Shown here one piece after another: positions 1-12,770 of a stretch of 64,000 nucleotides of DNA. The stretch comes from Octopus vulgaris (lineage: Eukaryota), in the NCBI GenBank assembly GCA_951406725.2, contig OX597833.1, forward strand, positions 30,194,001 to 30,258,000, read 5' to 3'. Positions within the stretch are counted from its first letter, which is position 1. Each line of letters opens with the position of its first letter. Made by a program: the position numbers and the translations under genes. Below the pieces are notes generated by a model. It was not told the origin of the DNA, ran no database searches, and saw nothing but the letters and a program-made list of their open reading frames with translations.

Positions 1-2155
1 TACTCGAAGCCTTTGACGAAATAGAAGGGGATATAGCTTCACTTAATGTGGAAGACAACTGGAGATTTCTACGGGACAATCTGCTGACAGCCACTGACCA
101 GATCTGTGGATGGAGCAAAGTACCATCTCGACCCAGAGTAACGTGGTGGTGGAACACTGTGGTTGACAGGGCTATTAGACAAAAGAGACAGGCTTGGAAG
201 GACTGGAAGAACGGTGGTAGCAGGGAATTGTATCAGACTGCCAAAAGGGAAGCTAGGAGACAGGTTTATTTAGCCAGAGGGGAAGCAGATAAGAAAAAAT
301 TTGCCAATGTTCTGAGCCGTGAGGATGAAAGACTTGAGGTATTTCGTGTTGCAAGACAGTGTGTGAGAGAGAATCGTGATGTGGTAGGAGAGAAATGTGT
401 CCGCATGGATGATGGATCACTTGCGTTAAATGAGGATGCAAAGAGAGAGGTTTGGAGATGCCACTATGAAAGGTTGCTGAATAAAGAAAATGAATGGGAT
501 AAAGGGAGTCTGCCGAATGTCAACCCAACAGAGGGACCAGCCATCCGAGTTGACAATTCTTTGGTAGTTAAAGCAATTAGAAGCATGAAGACAGGGAAAG
601 CCCCAGGCCCATCAGGAATTACTGCAGAGATGCTCAAAATATCTGGCAGTGTCGGCTATAACCTAGTCACCTGTATAGTCAACCAGGTGATACACAAAGG
701 AGTCATACCCAATGACTGGTGTAGCAGCATACTAGTCAAGTGCTACAAAGGTAAAGGTGACGCCCTAGATACAAATAATTACAGAGGTATCAAGCTGTTG
801 GATCAGGTAATGAAGGTTACGGAGAGGGTCATAGCCCAACTAATTAGAGAGAGAGTTAGTTTAGATGAGATGCAGTTTGGGTTCGTGCCAGGGAAAAGTA
901 CCACTGATGCTATATTCCTGGTAAGGCAGCTACAGGAGAAATACCTAGCCAAAGATAAGCCCTTGTACCTGGCTTTCGTTGACATGGAGAAAGCCTTTGA
1001 CAGGGTCCCCCGATCCCTTATCTGGTGGTCAATGAGGAAACTAGGGATAGATGAATGGCTGGTGAGGGCTGTGCAAGCCATGTACAGGGATGCCGTAAGT
1101 AAGGTTAGGGTTGGCAACATGTACACAGAAGAATTCAAAGTAGAGGTTGGGGTCCACCAGGGTTCAGTACTCAACCCCCTCCTATTTATCATAGTCCTCC
1201 AGGCAATTACGGAGGAATTCAAGACAGGTTGCCCCTGAGAGCTCCTCTATGCTGACGACCTTGCTCTAATTGCTGAGTCACTATCAGAACTGGAGGAGAA
1301 GTTCCAGGTGTGGAAGGAGGGTTTAGAATCGAGGGGCCTTAGAGTCAACCTAGCTAAAACCAAAGTACTAATAAGTAGGAAGGTAGACAATCCACAAATG
1401 TCTTCAGGTAGATGGCCCTGCTCGATCTGTAGAAAAGGTGTAGGTAGAAACTCTATAAGATGTACCCAGTGTAAGCTATGGACACATAAGAGGTGCAGCA
1501 ATGTAAAAGGAAGGCTAACTGGGAAGATAGTTTTTGTATGTGGCAGATGCTCAGGAGTATTAACCTCTGAAAATCTGCAGAAAACAACTTCCGTCACTTT
1601 CCAGGGGGAAAAACTAGAAGTAGTTGATAGCTTCCGTTATCTAGGTGACCAAGTCAGTAGTGGGGGTGGGTGCACTGAAAGTGTAACTGCTAGAATAAGA
1701 AAAGCCTGGGCAAAGTTTAGGGAACTCTTACCTCTGCTGGTGACTAAAGGCAGACTGTATGATGCATGTGTACGAACAGCCATGCTACATGGCAGTGAAA
1801 CATAGGCCGTGACTGCTGAGGACATGCATAAGCTCACGAGGAATGAAGCCAGTATGCTCCGATGGATGTGTAATGTCAGTGTACATACTCGACAGAGTGT
1901 TAGTACCTTGAGAGAAATGTTGTACCTAAGAAGCATCAGTTGTGGTGTGCAAGAAAGACGATTGCGCTGGTATGGTTGCCAGCCTCGCCTGGCACCTGTG
2001 CGAGTGGCACGTAAAAAGCACCCACTACACTCACAGAGTGGTTGGCGTTAGGAAGGGCATCCAGCTGTAGAAACATTGCCAGATAAGACAGATCCCCGGT
2101 TGAACCGTCTAACCCATGCTAGCATGGAGAACGGACGTTAAACGATGATGATGAT
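1..2155 (+). mobile_element. RTE-clade LINE, least decayed copy (ORF2 RT + PHD-type finger + 3' tail); begins upstream of the window
   Basis: One frame from 48 to 1975 carries KAPGPSGI, NYRGIKLL, QFGFVPGKSTTDAIF, AFVDMEKAFDRVPR, GVHQGSVLNPLLF, ELLYADD and FRYLG. It is broken by TGA 1236-1238 and TAG 1803-1805, both at Trp positions. It ends in the RTE tail ...aacggacgttaaac(gat)n. Confidence 0.95.
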
Positions 2156-2159
2156 AAAA

Positions 2160-3340
2160 GCTAAGAGGCAAGCTCAGAGTGAATGAAACAAGGAAAGGAG
2201 CAAAGCTAGATGTCTAGAATACTTAGCAAATAGAGAAACTGAATGTAAGATGTTTGCCAGTTTTCTTTGAGCTGAAGATCTAGATTGCAAAGCAGTGTGT
2301 CACTATAAATTAAGATGGTATCTTTGAGAAAAGTGCATCAAATGATAGCAGTGCACCTGCTCTCTTTGACAGTGAGAAGAGACATGGAAAGGTTGCTACG
2401 AGAGTTTACTGAATCAGGAGAAAGTCTGAGAGAGACCAAGACAGAAACTACACTGTGGAAAGAAGACACAACTGCTTTTGAAATTGATAATAATATAGTA
2501 AAAATGATTTTTAAGGATATAAAGGTACATATTACTCACATTAACAATCAGGTAGTACCAAAAGGGGTCATTTCTAGTAACTGATGTATATCATCATTGA
2601 GTTGAGGGCAAAGAAATGCTTTAGAAAGAAGCAAGTACACAGACATCAGACTGATGGGCCAAATTATGAAAGTAACAGAAAGAGTTACAGCACAACTAAT
2701 TAGGAAGAAAATTAACTGAGATGTGATTCAGTTGGGGTTGGTGCCAGGGCAGGGTACTACTGATGCCCTCTTTTTTGAGAAACAAGCACTTAGCTTAAGA
2801 GATACCTGCTGTACCTTGCATTAATTGACCTGGAAAAAGACCTTGACAAAGTCTTTTGCTCAGTGATCTGGTGGTCATTGAAGAAGTTAGGAATAGAGGA
2901 ATGGCTCATGAAAACCATACAATCCATGTACATGGTTGCTATCAGCTAGGTATGTCATTAGCAATGAGTACAGTGATAAATTTAGTGAGCAGTTGGGAAT
3001 CTACCAGGGCTCACTGCTCAGTCCCTTCTATTACCATAGTCTTCCAGACTTTTGTACTGCAGTTCAAGAATAGATGCCCATAGAAACTCCTATATGGAGA
3101 TCATCTCATTCTTATAGCCAAATCTGTAACAGGATGTACAAGAGAGAAGACTGCATTGGTGACATATATGGATTATAAAAGAGCTAATGACTTAAAGTAA
3201 ATGGAAACTGTAGTAGAGGTAGACCCTAGAAAACATGTGATGTGGTGGTGAAGGCTGACCTCAGGATGTTGAACCTCATGGAAACAATAACAAAAACTGA
3301 AACGATTGGTGATACATTATCCTTGAGAAGACCTACTCAA
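2160..3340 (+). mobile_element. heavily decayed RTE LINE fragment
   Basis: Degenerate matches to the 1-2155 copy (gtgccagggcagggtactactgatgcc, gacctggaaaaagaccttgaca, ctaccagggctcactgctcagtcccttct), with many stops and indels. Confidence 0.75.
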
Positions 3341-3449
3341 GTTATGCTGGCATAGCATTGCTGAAGTTCTCAAAGCATACAAGGTGTTTGGGATAAATGT
3401 GACAGTTTGCCTAAAAGATAAAGAAAATAATATCCCATCCAAAAATAAA

Positions 3450-4140
3450 TCCAAAAATCAAAAAATATCAATTAGATTATGGCTGGGAGATAACAGTTTA
3501 TTCAGAGTAGCCACCTCAGCTTCAAGACAGCTCCAAAATATGGTGCATGCATTCCTCACTGTGTCCCTAAGAAGATTTTGAAATTCCTCCTTGATCTTGG
3601 CCACCAGCCTGGCCTTGGTGTTGCTGACAGAATGGTTGATGTCTTTCTGAACTGTGCCCCACACAGTAATCCATGGGGTGACAATCAGAGGAATTAGGAG
3701 GCTAGAAATTGGTGTTGATGAAATCTTAGAAATTCTCTGACAAGCACTTCTGTCTCTTTCTGGAAGTATGGCAAGGAGGTGAATCCTGCTGCCACATGTG
3801 TGGCCTTCTATTAGCAACTTTTCCAGCCAGGGTTTGACCACAGTCTCTAGCAGTTTCACATAGCCGCCTGAGTTGAGCCTAAGGCCCATTTCAATGACAT
3901 GGGGCAGCATGATGCCACCCTAACTGGAGTCACACCCAAAGACCATCATCTTCCTGCTGACCACAGCTTCATAGTCTCCATTGCAGCTTTGTCATCTCTT
4001 GCAGTCTTTACAATGATCACAGAGCATTGAGCAGCAGTCATTGATATTGGCATTTTGATACCTTCCATGAAGATATAGGTAGCTCCTTTCCAATATTCAG
4101 ATAGCTTCAAGTTCTCCATCTTAACTAACTTTTCCTCATC
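3450..4140 (-). mobile_element. decayed Tc1/mariner-superfamily transposase relic
   Basis: The minus strand reads GLRLNSGGYVKLLETVVKPWLEK, F*PPNSSDCHPMDYCVWG and NTKARLVAKIKEEF...ACTIFWSCLEAEVA. This matches the WPPxSPDxNPxDYxVWG-type catalytic C-terminus. Confidence 0.75.
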
Positions 4141-4884
4141 TATACAACTTTAATGATCATGCTCTCCAATGCTGTTAACTGTTCACTAACACATCAAGCT
4201 GCATGGGAAAAAAAGGAGACATAAAAATAGCCAAATTTAACAGAAACACCCTGTATTGCATATGCACACAACTAGATCCATCAATATCCTTGCAAGTTTA
4301 CAACTGCTACTTTTTCTGCACCCAAACAACTGGGTCTTTCCCTGAGTCATTTCCTTTTGACATCTGTCCCTTATTCCCCATCCAGTTTTATATACAGCTC
4401 TCATTCCAGTCTGATTTGGCATACAGCCGGATACCCTTCCTAATGCCAACCACTTTACATAGTGTGCTGGGTGCTTTAACATGGTACTTCCACGAGTGCT
4501 TTTTACATGGCACCAGTACAGGACTCACTACTTAACACTTCTACTGCAGAGTGTGGGTCTTCTTGAGATACATATTTATTAAGTATAAACTTTATTCCCA
4601 ACTGAATCTCATAACTCTTTACTAAAATTTCTCATCTCTGAACATCAGCTAAATAACATAATAATAAATATTCCATTGGTGACTATATTGAGAGACAGCA
4701 TGATGGAAATAAACAAAAGTGGCTTTACAATATACTCTCTGTCATCATTTGTTGAGGTTGTTATCAGTTTTTTGGGGTTTTTTTATTGGTGAATGCGAGT
4801 CAAGCTGTATTTATTTCAAGACCCTGTCTTTAATGACATGAGTAAATATATATAATTGAGTCAAGTACATCAACATCAAAATAA

Positions 4885-5245
4885 AAATCAAATGGAAATT
4901 GTAGTGATACACGTGCCAGTGGTACATAAAAAGCACCATCCGAACGTGGCCAATGCCAGTGCCGCCTTGACTGGCTTCCATGTCAGTGGCATGTAAAAAG
5001 CACCATCTGAACATGGCCGATGCCAGCGCCACCTTGACTGGCTTCCTTGCCAGTGGCACGTAAAAAGCACCAACCAGTCGTGGCTGCTGGCACGTAAAAA
5101 GCACCCACTACACTCACGGAGTGGTTGGCGTTAGGAAGGGCATCCAGCTGTAGAAACACTGCCAGATCAGACTGAAGCCTGGTGCAGCCTCCTGACTTTC
5201 CAGGCCCCGGGCAAATGGACATTAAATGATGATGATGCTGATGAT
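4885..5245 (+). repeat. RTE-tail-derived short element with ~66-bp tandem units
   Basis: Repeated gtgccagtggcacgtaaaaagcacc units precede the same tail as 2000-2155 (gtggttggcgttaggaagggcatccagctgtagaaac...(gat)n). Confidence 0.85.
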
Positions 5246-5477
5246 ATAAACATTTGTTTTGAAGATGCTGAACACACATTTGTGTGTGTGTTACATATGT
5301 ATGTGATGTAAGCATGTACGTATGTATTGTAGGTGCACCCATGTTGTCTATTTTTGTACTAACTATCCCACAGTCGTATCATGCCATGTTATTTTATAAT
5401 CATTTTTCTAGAATGAGAAGTATTTTGATGATATATTTTCAGTCAATATTTTTAACTTTCTTTTTGTTTTTTCTAAG

Positions 5478-5621
5478 ATAAAAAGAAAAAACAAACACCA
5501 AATGTAAATAAACCAAAATCACACAGGAAAAATAAGAATGGAAGATGGAAAGGCAGGCCCAAAACAAACAAAAGAAAAAACAGAAACCGAAAGAAAAATT
5601 CTAGAGGCAAATCTAAAAACA
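5478..5621 (+). CDS. ihog: Ihog/CDON/BOC-like gene, putative exon: polybasic linker preceding FN3-1
   Basis: Poly-T tract + AG at 5476-5477, donor A|GTAAGA. It is 144 nt, phase 1 to 1 and open: KKKKQTPNVNKPKSHRKNKNGRWKGRPKTNKRKNRNRKKNSRGKSKN. It joins in frame to exon 16438 (A+GT = Ser). Not in the ORF track. Confidence 0.7.
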
Positions 5622-5730
5622 GTAAGACATTTCTTCTAAATTACTAACCATTAATTTGGAAAATCTAACGTTCTTGGTACAAATCCAGTCCAGAAATAAG
5701 CTGATCAATGATCAAACTGATCTAAATGTA

Positions 5731-6596
5731 TTGTGTTGAGTCAAAAGTTTTGCAATATTTTGGCAATTTATTTACTTTATTCATCAAGTTAAACAAAAGC
5801 AACCTAGAATTCAAAGTAGAGGTCATCAAATTGCACAGTCTGAATCCACCTTTCTGCCAGTTCTTTGATTCCACACTGACACCAGTTCTTGATCTTTGAG
5901 GCAGAGAATTCCTTCATTGAAGTTTCCGCCTCTTCTTGGTTGATGAAGCATTGTGAGCACAGGAAGTGAACCATGGAATGGAACAAATAATAATTCAAGG
6001 GAACTAGGTCCCGTCTATATGCTGGGTGTGGCATCAGTTTGATTCCCTCAAGTTCCTGAAGTTTATTCCACATCATTTGAGTGGTGTGAGGTCCTATGTT
6101 GTCTTGCTGGAGAAAAGCTCATTTTCTGTTGGTACTTTTGCCACACAATGTCATACATCTGCTCCAGCAGTTTGGACTACAGGTTGGTATCAATGATTCA
6201 AGTCCAGAATGAGCTCTTAGTGAATTATCACCAGAAGCAGTGCATCACCCTGTGTTCAAAATCCTGTTGCGTAGTGACACATTCTGGAAGCTGACTTTGC
6301 TTGACCACTGCATATGCATGTTAGGATTGCAGAAAAATATCTCCCTCCGATTATTACTTGTTCCAATCCATGGCTCATTTCCTGCACTAGTGACATTTCA
6401 TCAATCAAGAAGTGGAAGCTTCAGTGAAGGAGTTCTTAGCTGTGAAAGAAAAGAAATGTTATCAGCATAGGATCAAAAATGTGGCTTCAAACAGTGCAAC
6501 ATGAAGCTACTTTGAATGTCAAGCTGCTTTTGTTGTAACTTTATGAATAAAACAAACAAGTTACCAAAATACTGCAAAATTTTTAACTCAAAACAA
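5731..6596. mobile_element. mariner derivative with two inverted 3' ends
   Basis: TA-flanked TIRs ttgtgttgagtcaaaagttttgca and tgcaaaatttttaactcaaaacaa. The transposase C-terminus (HPAYRRDLVPLNYYLFHSM) is on - at 5804-6076, and homologous sequence recurs on + at ~6345-6520. Confidence 0.8.
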
Positions 6597-9337
6597 TATT
6601 AATTTCTCACATAAGCACAAGGCCTGGAATTTGGTGGTGGGGCAGTCATTTATATGAACTGCAATATATGACCCACTAAGGATGGCAGGCAAATTTGACT
6701 TTGGCTAGATTTGAAATAACATCTTTATGTAACTAAGTACCGTAAGGTAGTCTGACAATCTACAGTAGTGCTTCCCGACTTTTACTTTTCCAAGGGCCCT
6801 TTTCATCATCGTCATCCTTATCCTATAACATCCATTTTCCATGCTGGCATGGGATGGCTGATCTGACCAGAGGTGGCAAGCAAACAATCCAGTCTGATTT
6901 GGCATGGTTTCTACGGCTAGATACCCTTCCTAACATCAACCACTTTATAGTGTGTGCTGGGTGTTTTTAATGTGGCTCCTTGTCTTCAAATAAATTTGAA
7001 ATTCTCGAAGCTTATTTTTATCAGGTATATGTTATACACTACAGCCTTTTAAAATTTAGAATGCAGCTGATTAACCTCCTGTACAACCCTTGTTGAACCC
7101 AAATAGGGAACTGCTGATAAAAGAAAGGATAAAGATAATAGTTGGAAAAATTATTCATATTTATTTGTTGTTTTTGCTAGGTTTCTTCACCTTTTGGTAT
7201 AATATTCTATGTGGTGTTGTATAGCCCTAGATCAACTTTGAAACAGCAGACATATGGCCAGCTACTTATTGAGGTATGACCAACAGATCCATTTCTGTCT
7301 CTGTTACACTCAGGCTATATTGTGCACTCTGCATAGTTAAGAAGTCTATGGGATGCAGTGTTATAGCCGAAGCACACTGCACTCTCTCCCCTTTCCAGTC
7401 TATTTCAGTAAACCTGTCGTTGTTATTGTTGTTTAGCCCCAGGTCAGCCCTGCTCAAGCAGACTCATAATGAAAAGTATTCCAAGCACAGCTATGTTGTC
7501 TTTTCCCTGTGAGCTAGTTCACATTAGCCAATGTATCATATAAATGTGATTTGAGAGAGATTTTGCTGCTGTTTCAGGCAAGTCAAATGAATACTTAAAG
7601 CACCCTTGTTGGCTTATGTCTCTTAATTGTAATGTAATTATGGTGGTGCTAGTGATGATGATGATGATTATTCTTATTTAATTTTCACTGCTGCTACTAG
7701 ATTTCTGCTTTGAAATATTTTGAGTTGGTTTCTAAATTAAATCTTAGTGGAAGTGGGTAGCAGCAGTAAAGCAGTGAGAATGAGTTGAGGGAGGGAAGAT
7801 ATACATACACACACACACACATACGCATGCGTGCACACACAAACACACACACACACACTGACACACACACACTGCATGAGAGAGAGAGAGAGGTCTGAGG
7901 TTAGTTGCTGATAACCTATGTTTCTGACACAGTTCATCTGTTGCAGTTATTTACAAAATTCTCATCATCATCCCCACCTCATAAATATAGAGCTAAGTAT
8001 AAGCAGGTGGGACTACTTGAACTGCCATGAAAACATCGTGTTTGAGGAAAGAAATTCCAAATATCAAGGCTACTACTATTCAAGTTTTTTTTCTTTTTTG
8101 TTACTTTTTTTTTCACATAAGAGGCAAAGGAATAAATTCTTTGGAGACTATTAATAAGTCCCAACCAAACATTCTCAACAGTTTCAAAGTATTTGGAGGT
8201 CTTTATCTTTAATTTAATTTTTTTATTCATTTATTTGTCTCTTTTTCTGATAATCAGATTATTTACTCCTGATTAAATATGTTGTTGTTGTTTAGTCTCT
8301 GAGTGACTCTCATTAAGCAAACCTTTTGAAAGGTGTTCCGTTTTGTATCATATTCTAGCCATAATGGCTAAGACATATGAGTGAATTAAAGCAAGAACAC
8401 ATTGTGGCCTACATTGTCCTGTATATTTTTATTTTTGAGTAATGAAAGGATATGAATTGGAGGAAATTTAGCTGCTATTTCTGCCTGGTTGTTTGACTAC
8501 ATGAAGATTTACTTAGCAGCTTAGACCTAATATGTTGTGATTATGGTAGATTAACTCTGATTGAGTAAACAAATTTTCAAAGATGCTCCAAATGTGACCA
8601 GCTCATCATTTATTCAAATATCATGTATCTAGAACTAGATCATCATCATTGTTTAACGTGCGTTTTCCATGCTGGCATGGGGTGGACAGTTTGACAAAAG
8701 CTGGCCAGCCGGAGAGCTGTCCCTGCTCCATTTCTGTTTTGGTATGGTTTCTATGGCTGGATGCCCTTCCTAACACCAACCACTTCACAGAGCATGCTGG
8801 GTGCTTTTCATGTGTTCCCAGCATGGGTGTATTTATATGTTACTGGCATGAGTGTGTTTTACATATAGTGTATATAAGACTAAAGATATGTTATTAATGA
8901 AATAAAGATACAAAATACAAAAGTGAAATGTGTATGAGTAGAATGGGTTGTAACACTTGGTTGATGAGAGATTTTTCTTCTGAATATTTCTCTTGCTGTC
9001 TGGTTGATGTTGTTGCTTAGCTCCTGGTCAGCCCCAACAGAGGAGATTTATGATCATAAAAGTTCCAGTCATGACCATCGCATCATTGTTTTGTTTTTCT
9101 TTTCCAGACATAGTGTAAAACCAACAAAAAAGTCATCCATAGAATGTGATTCAAAGGAAATTTTGGTGTTACTTATAGTATGTTGAGCATCCACATACAG
9201 AGTCAATTTCATTTGGTCATTGGCTTGTGAGGTTGTAGTTGTTGTGATTAGTTCTATAGAATATGGAAATATGAATTTTGGAATATATGTATATATTGCA
9301 CATACACAACCAAACATCTATCTATCTGCCTGTCTAA

Positions 9338-9371
<34 letters not shown>

Positions 9372-9469
9372 TCTTGATATATATACATGTTCTTGACACC
9401 CAGACAGAAGATAAACTGTTTTTACTTTAAATTTTTATAAATTTTTACTGATATTTCATAAGATGAGAT

Positions 9470-12316
9470 GGAGTTCTGTGATGCGAATAACCTTTTGATC
9501 TGCAACACCAACTTCAGGAAGCCAACCAGCCACCTGATAACCTATCAATTAGGTGACTGCTAGCCAAATAGATTTCATTCTCACCAGACAGTGGGATGCA
9601 TGGTTGCTCTTAAATTCAAAGACTCTCTCTGGTGAAGAATGTACACCCCCACCCCACCCCCACCCCCGCGCTCTCAGCATAGACTAGTCATTAGTGACTT
9701 TAGACACCAGGCCAGAACAATGCCAAGAAGCAGACTAATCTGGAAAAGAAGGACCTGAAAGTTTAAGGACCCTTCGTATTGTCAGAGGTTTAGGGACATC
9801 CTAATTGAGAAGTTTGATGACAGGGAGAACCAGCTACAAACTTGTGACATAGAGAGCAACTGGGAAATCTGTGGCTGGTGTAAAGTCCCTTTCAGACCTA
9901 TGGCTACATGATGGTGGAACAATACCATAGACAGGGCCATTAGAGCAAACAGGCCTGAGAGAAGCAGAAAAGAAGAAGTTTGCCTGTGTTCAGCTCCATG
10001 AAAACCAACAAACTGAAGTATTTCGGATTGCAAGACAATATGTGAAAGAAAATCATGATGTCATAAGAGGGAAATGTGTCCACATGGATGATGGTACACT
10101 TGCTTTTAATGATTATGCAAAAGAAGAAGATTGGAGATGCTATTACGAATGTGGAGAATGAATGGTAGGAGGAGAGTCTGCCAAATGATGACTCAACTGA
10201 GGGACCAAATTGACAGTACCCTGGTAGATAAAGCAATTAAGGATATGAAGACAGGGAAAGCCCCTGGCCCATCAGGAATCACCACTGAGATGCTTAAAAT
10301 ATCTGGCAGTGTGGGTTATGGTCTAGTCACCTGTATTGTAAATCAGATGGTTTATGAAGGAGTCATACCCACTAACTGGTGTAATAGCACCATAGTCAAC
10401 TGCTACAAAGGTAAAGGTTAAGGTTAGGGTTAGATAGAAATAATTACAGACGTATCAAATTGTTGAATCAGGTAATGAAAGTTGCAGTGATAGTTGTAGT
10501 CAAACTAATCAGGGAGAGAGTTAGTCTAGGTAGGAGGGAAATGTGCGGTTTGGCTTTATGCCAGGGAGAAGCACCACTGATGCTATATTTCTTGGAAGGC
10601 AACTTCAGGAGAAATACCTAGCTAAAGATAAACCTCTGTACTTGGATTTTGTTGACTTGGAGAAAGCTTTTGACAGGGTCCCCCCAATCCATTATCTGGT
10701 GGTCAATGCCGAAACTAAGGAAAGATGAGTGGTTAGTCAGAGCTGTACAAGCCTTGTACAGGGATGCTACCAGTAAGGTGAGGGTGTGCAACAAGTACAG
10801 CAAAGAATTCAGGGTACAAGTAGGGGTTCACCAAGGATCGGTACTCAGCCGCCTCTTGTTCACCATAATCCTCCAGGTAATAATGGAGGAATTCAAGATA
10901 GGCTGCACTTTGGAGCTCCTCGATGCTGATGACCTTGCTCTTATAGCTGAATCGCTACCTGAGCTAGAGAAGTTCCAGGTATGGAAACACGGTCTAGAAT
11001 CAAAGGGCCTTAGAGTTAACCTAGCATAAACCAAAGTCCTAGTAAGTAGGTAGGTGGACAAATCACAAATCACCTCTCAGGTAGATGGCCCTGCTCAATC
11101 TGTAGAAAAGGTGTAGGTAGAAACTCCATAAAATGCACCCAGTGTAAGCTTTAGACACACAAAAGATGCAGCAACATCAAAGGAAGTTTAACAGAGAAAC
11201 TAACTTTTGTACGTGGAAGGTGCACAGGTATAATAAATGCTGAACATGTGAGGAAATTAGATGCCATTAACTGCCAGTGGGGCAAGCTAGAGGTAGTAGA
11301 TAGCTTCCAGTATCTAGGCGACCAGGTTAGTAGTGGAGGTGGTTGTTCTGAGAGTGTAGCTGTGAGAATAAGGTTAGGTTGGGAAAAGTTCAGAGAGCTC
11401 CTACCTCTGCTCAGAATGAAAGGCAGATTGTTTGATGCCTGTGCGTGAACAGCTATGCTGCATGGTAGTGAAACATGGGCTATGACAGCCAAGGACATGC
11501 GTATGTTTGATAGAAATGAAGCCAGTATACTTCGCTGGATGTGCAATGTCAGTGTGCATGTTCAACAGAGTGTAAGCATCTTGAGAGAAAAGTTACACAT
11601 CAGAGGCATCAGATGTGGTGTGCAAGAGAGACAATTGTGCTGGTATAGTCATGTGATGCATATGGATAGGGACAGTTGTGTAAAGAAGTGCCAATCTCTA
11701 ACTTTGGAGGTGACCTGTGGTAGAGGTAGATCAGGAAGACATGGGACAAGACAATAAAGCATAACCTTTGAACTTTGAAATCTCTCAGAGGCAGTGACTA
11801 GTGGCCAAGACCTTTGGCGATGTGCTCTGCTTTAGGGGATCTGTCAAGCTAAGTGCACACCCATGCTGGTGGTACATAAAAAAAATCAACCTTGAATGTC
11901 AGGCCTTGCAATGGCAAAGTGGCTGAGTACCTTTCAAGCGTTGGACTGTCAGAGACAAAGTGACTGAGTTCCTTTCGAGGACTGGGCTTCATGGAGGTAA
12001 AGTGACTGAGTGTTGGGCCTCACAGAGGTGAGGTGGCTGAGTTCTTTTCAAGCATTAGGCCTCTTGCTTGAGAAGACCCATCAAGCCAAGCAAAATCACA
12101 GTCATGCAGATACCGGTGTCATGCAAATGGCAGCTATGCCGGTGACATCTAAAAGCACCCATTACACTCTCAGAGTGGTTGGCATCAGGAAGGGCATCCA
12201 GCCGTAGAAAACCATGCCAAATCAGACTGGATCCTGGCACAGCCTTCCAGTGTGCTATCCCAGTCAAACTGTCCAACCCATGCCAGCATGGACAACGGAC
12301 ACTAAATAATCATGAT
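9470..12316 (+). mobile_element. decayed RTE LINE (partial endonuclease, RT, PHD-type finger, 3' UTR and tail)
   Basis: KAPGPSGITTEMLK, FGFMPGRSTTDAIF, GVHQGSVLS, ELLDADD and WPCSICRKGVGRNS are present. There are ~38-bp tandem repeats at 11915-12060 and the RTE tail at 12150-12316. Many frameshifts. Confidence 0.93.
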
Positions 12317-12534
12317 GTATGTACATTTATATATATAAGTTTATAGATCCAAGAGAGGTAGAACCAAGTACTTCATCCAGTAAGAGATAAATAAAAATTT
12401 AGTACACAACCAACAGAGCTACTAACAGTTTCATGCTTTTATGACACTTGAATAGATATATTTATAAAACACACCATGTATCTCTAATTAATCTTTCAGG
12501 CTCTGCTTATGTATGATATATGTTTTAAAAAACA

Positions 12535-12770
12535 AGCTTAGGCTGTTGCACTCGTGATTGCTAGATCATGGATTTGATCCCTAGACTGAGTGGTGCATTG
12601 TGTTCTTGAATGAAACATTTTATTTCACGTTGCTCCAGTCCCCCATTCGATCAAAGGATGGATGCTCACCTAGCCAGCAGAGTGACATCATTCAAAGGCT
12701 AAAACAATGCAAAGCACATTGGGACCAGCGATGTGTAACAACATCTGATAGTCTGGTTGGTCACATAATT
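12535..12770 (+). repeat. decayed tRNA-derived SINE (CORE/Meta-like body)
   Basis: Box-B-like ggatttgatccc followed by ttgtgttcttgaatgaaacattttatttcacgttgctccagtc. Confidence 0.5.

Noticed and set aside
7947-8006. Possible 60-nt exon (ttgcAG...CAG|GTGGGA)
   Set aside because: It has a stop in the phase-1 frame required by the flanking exons, and the donor is weak.
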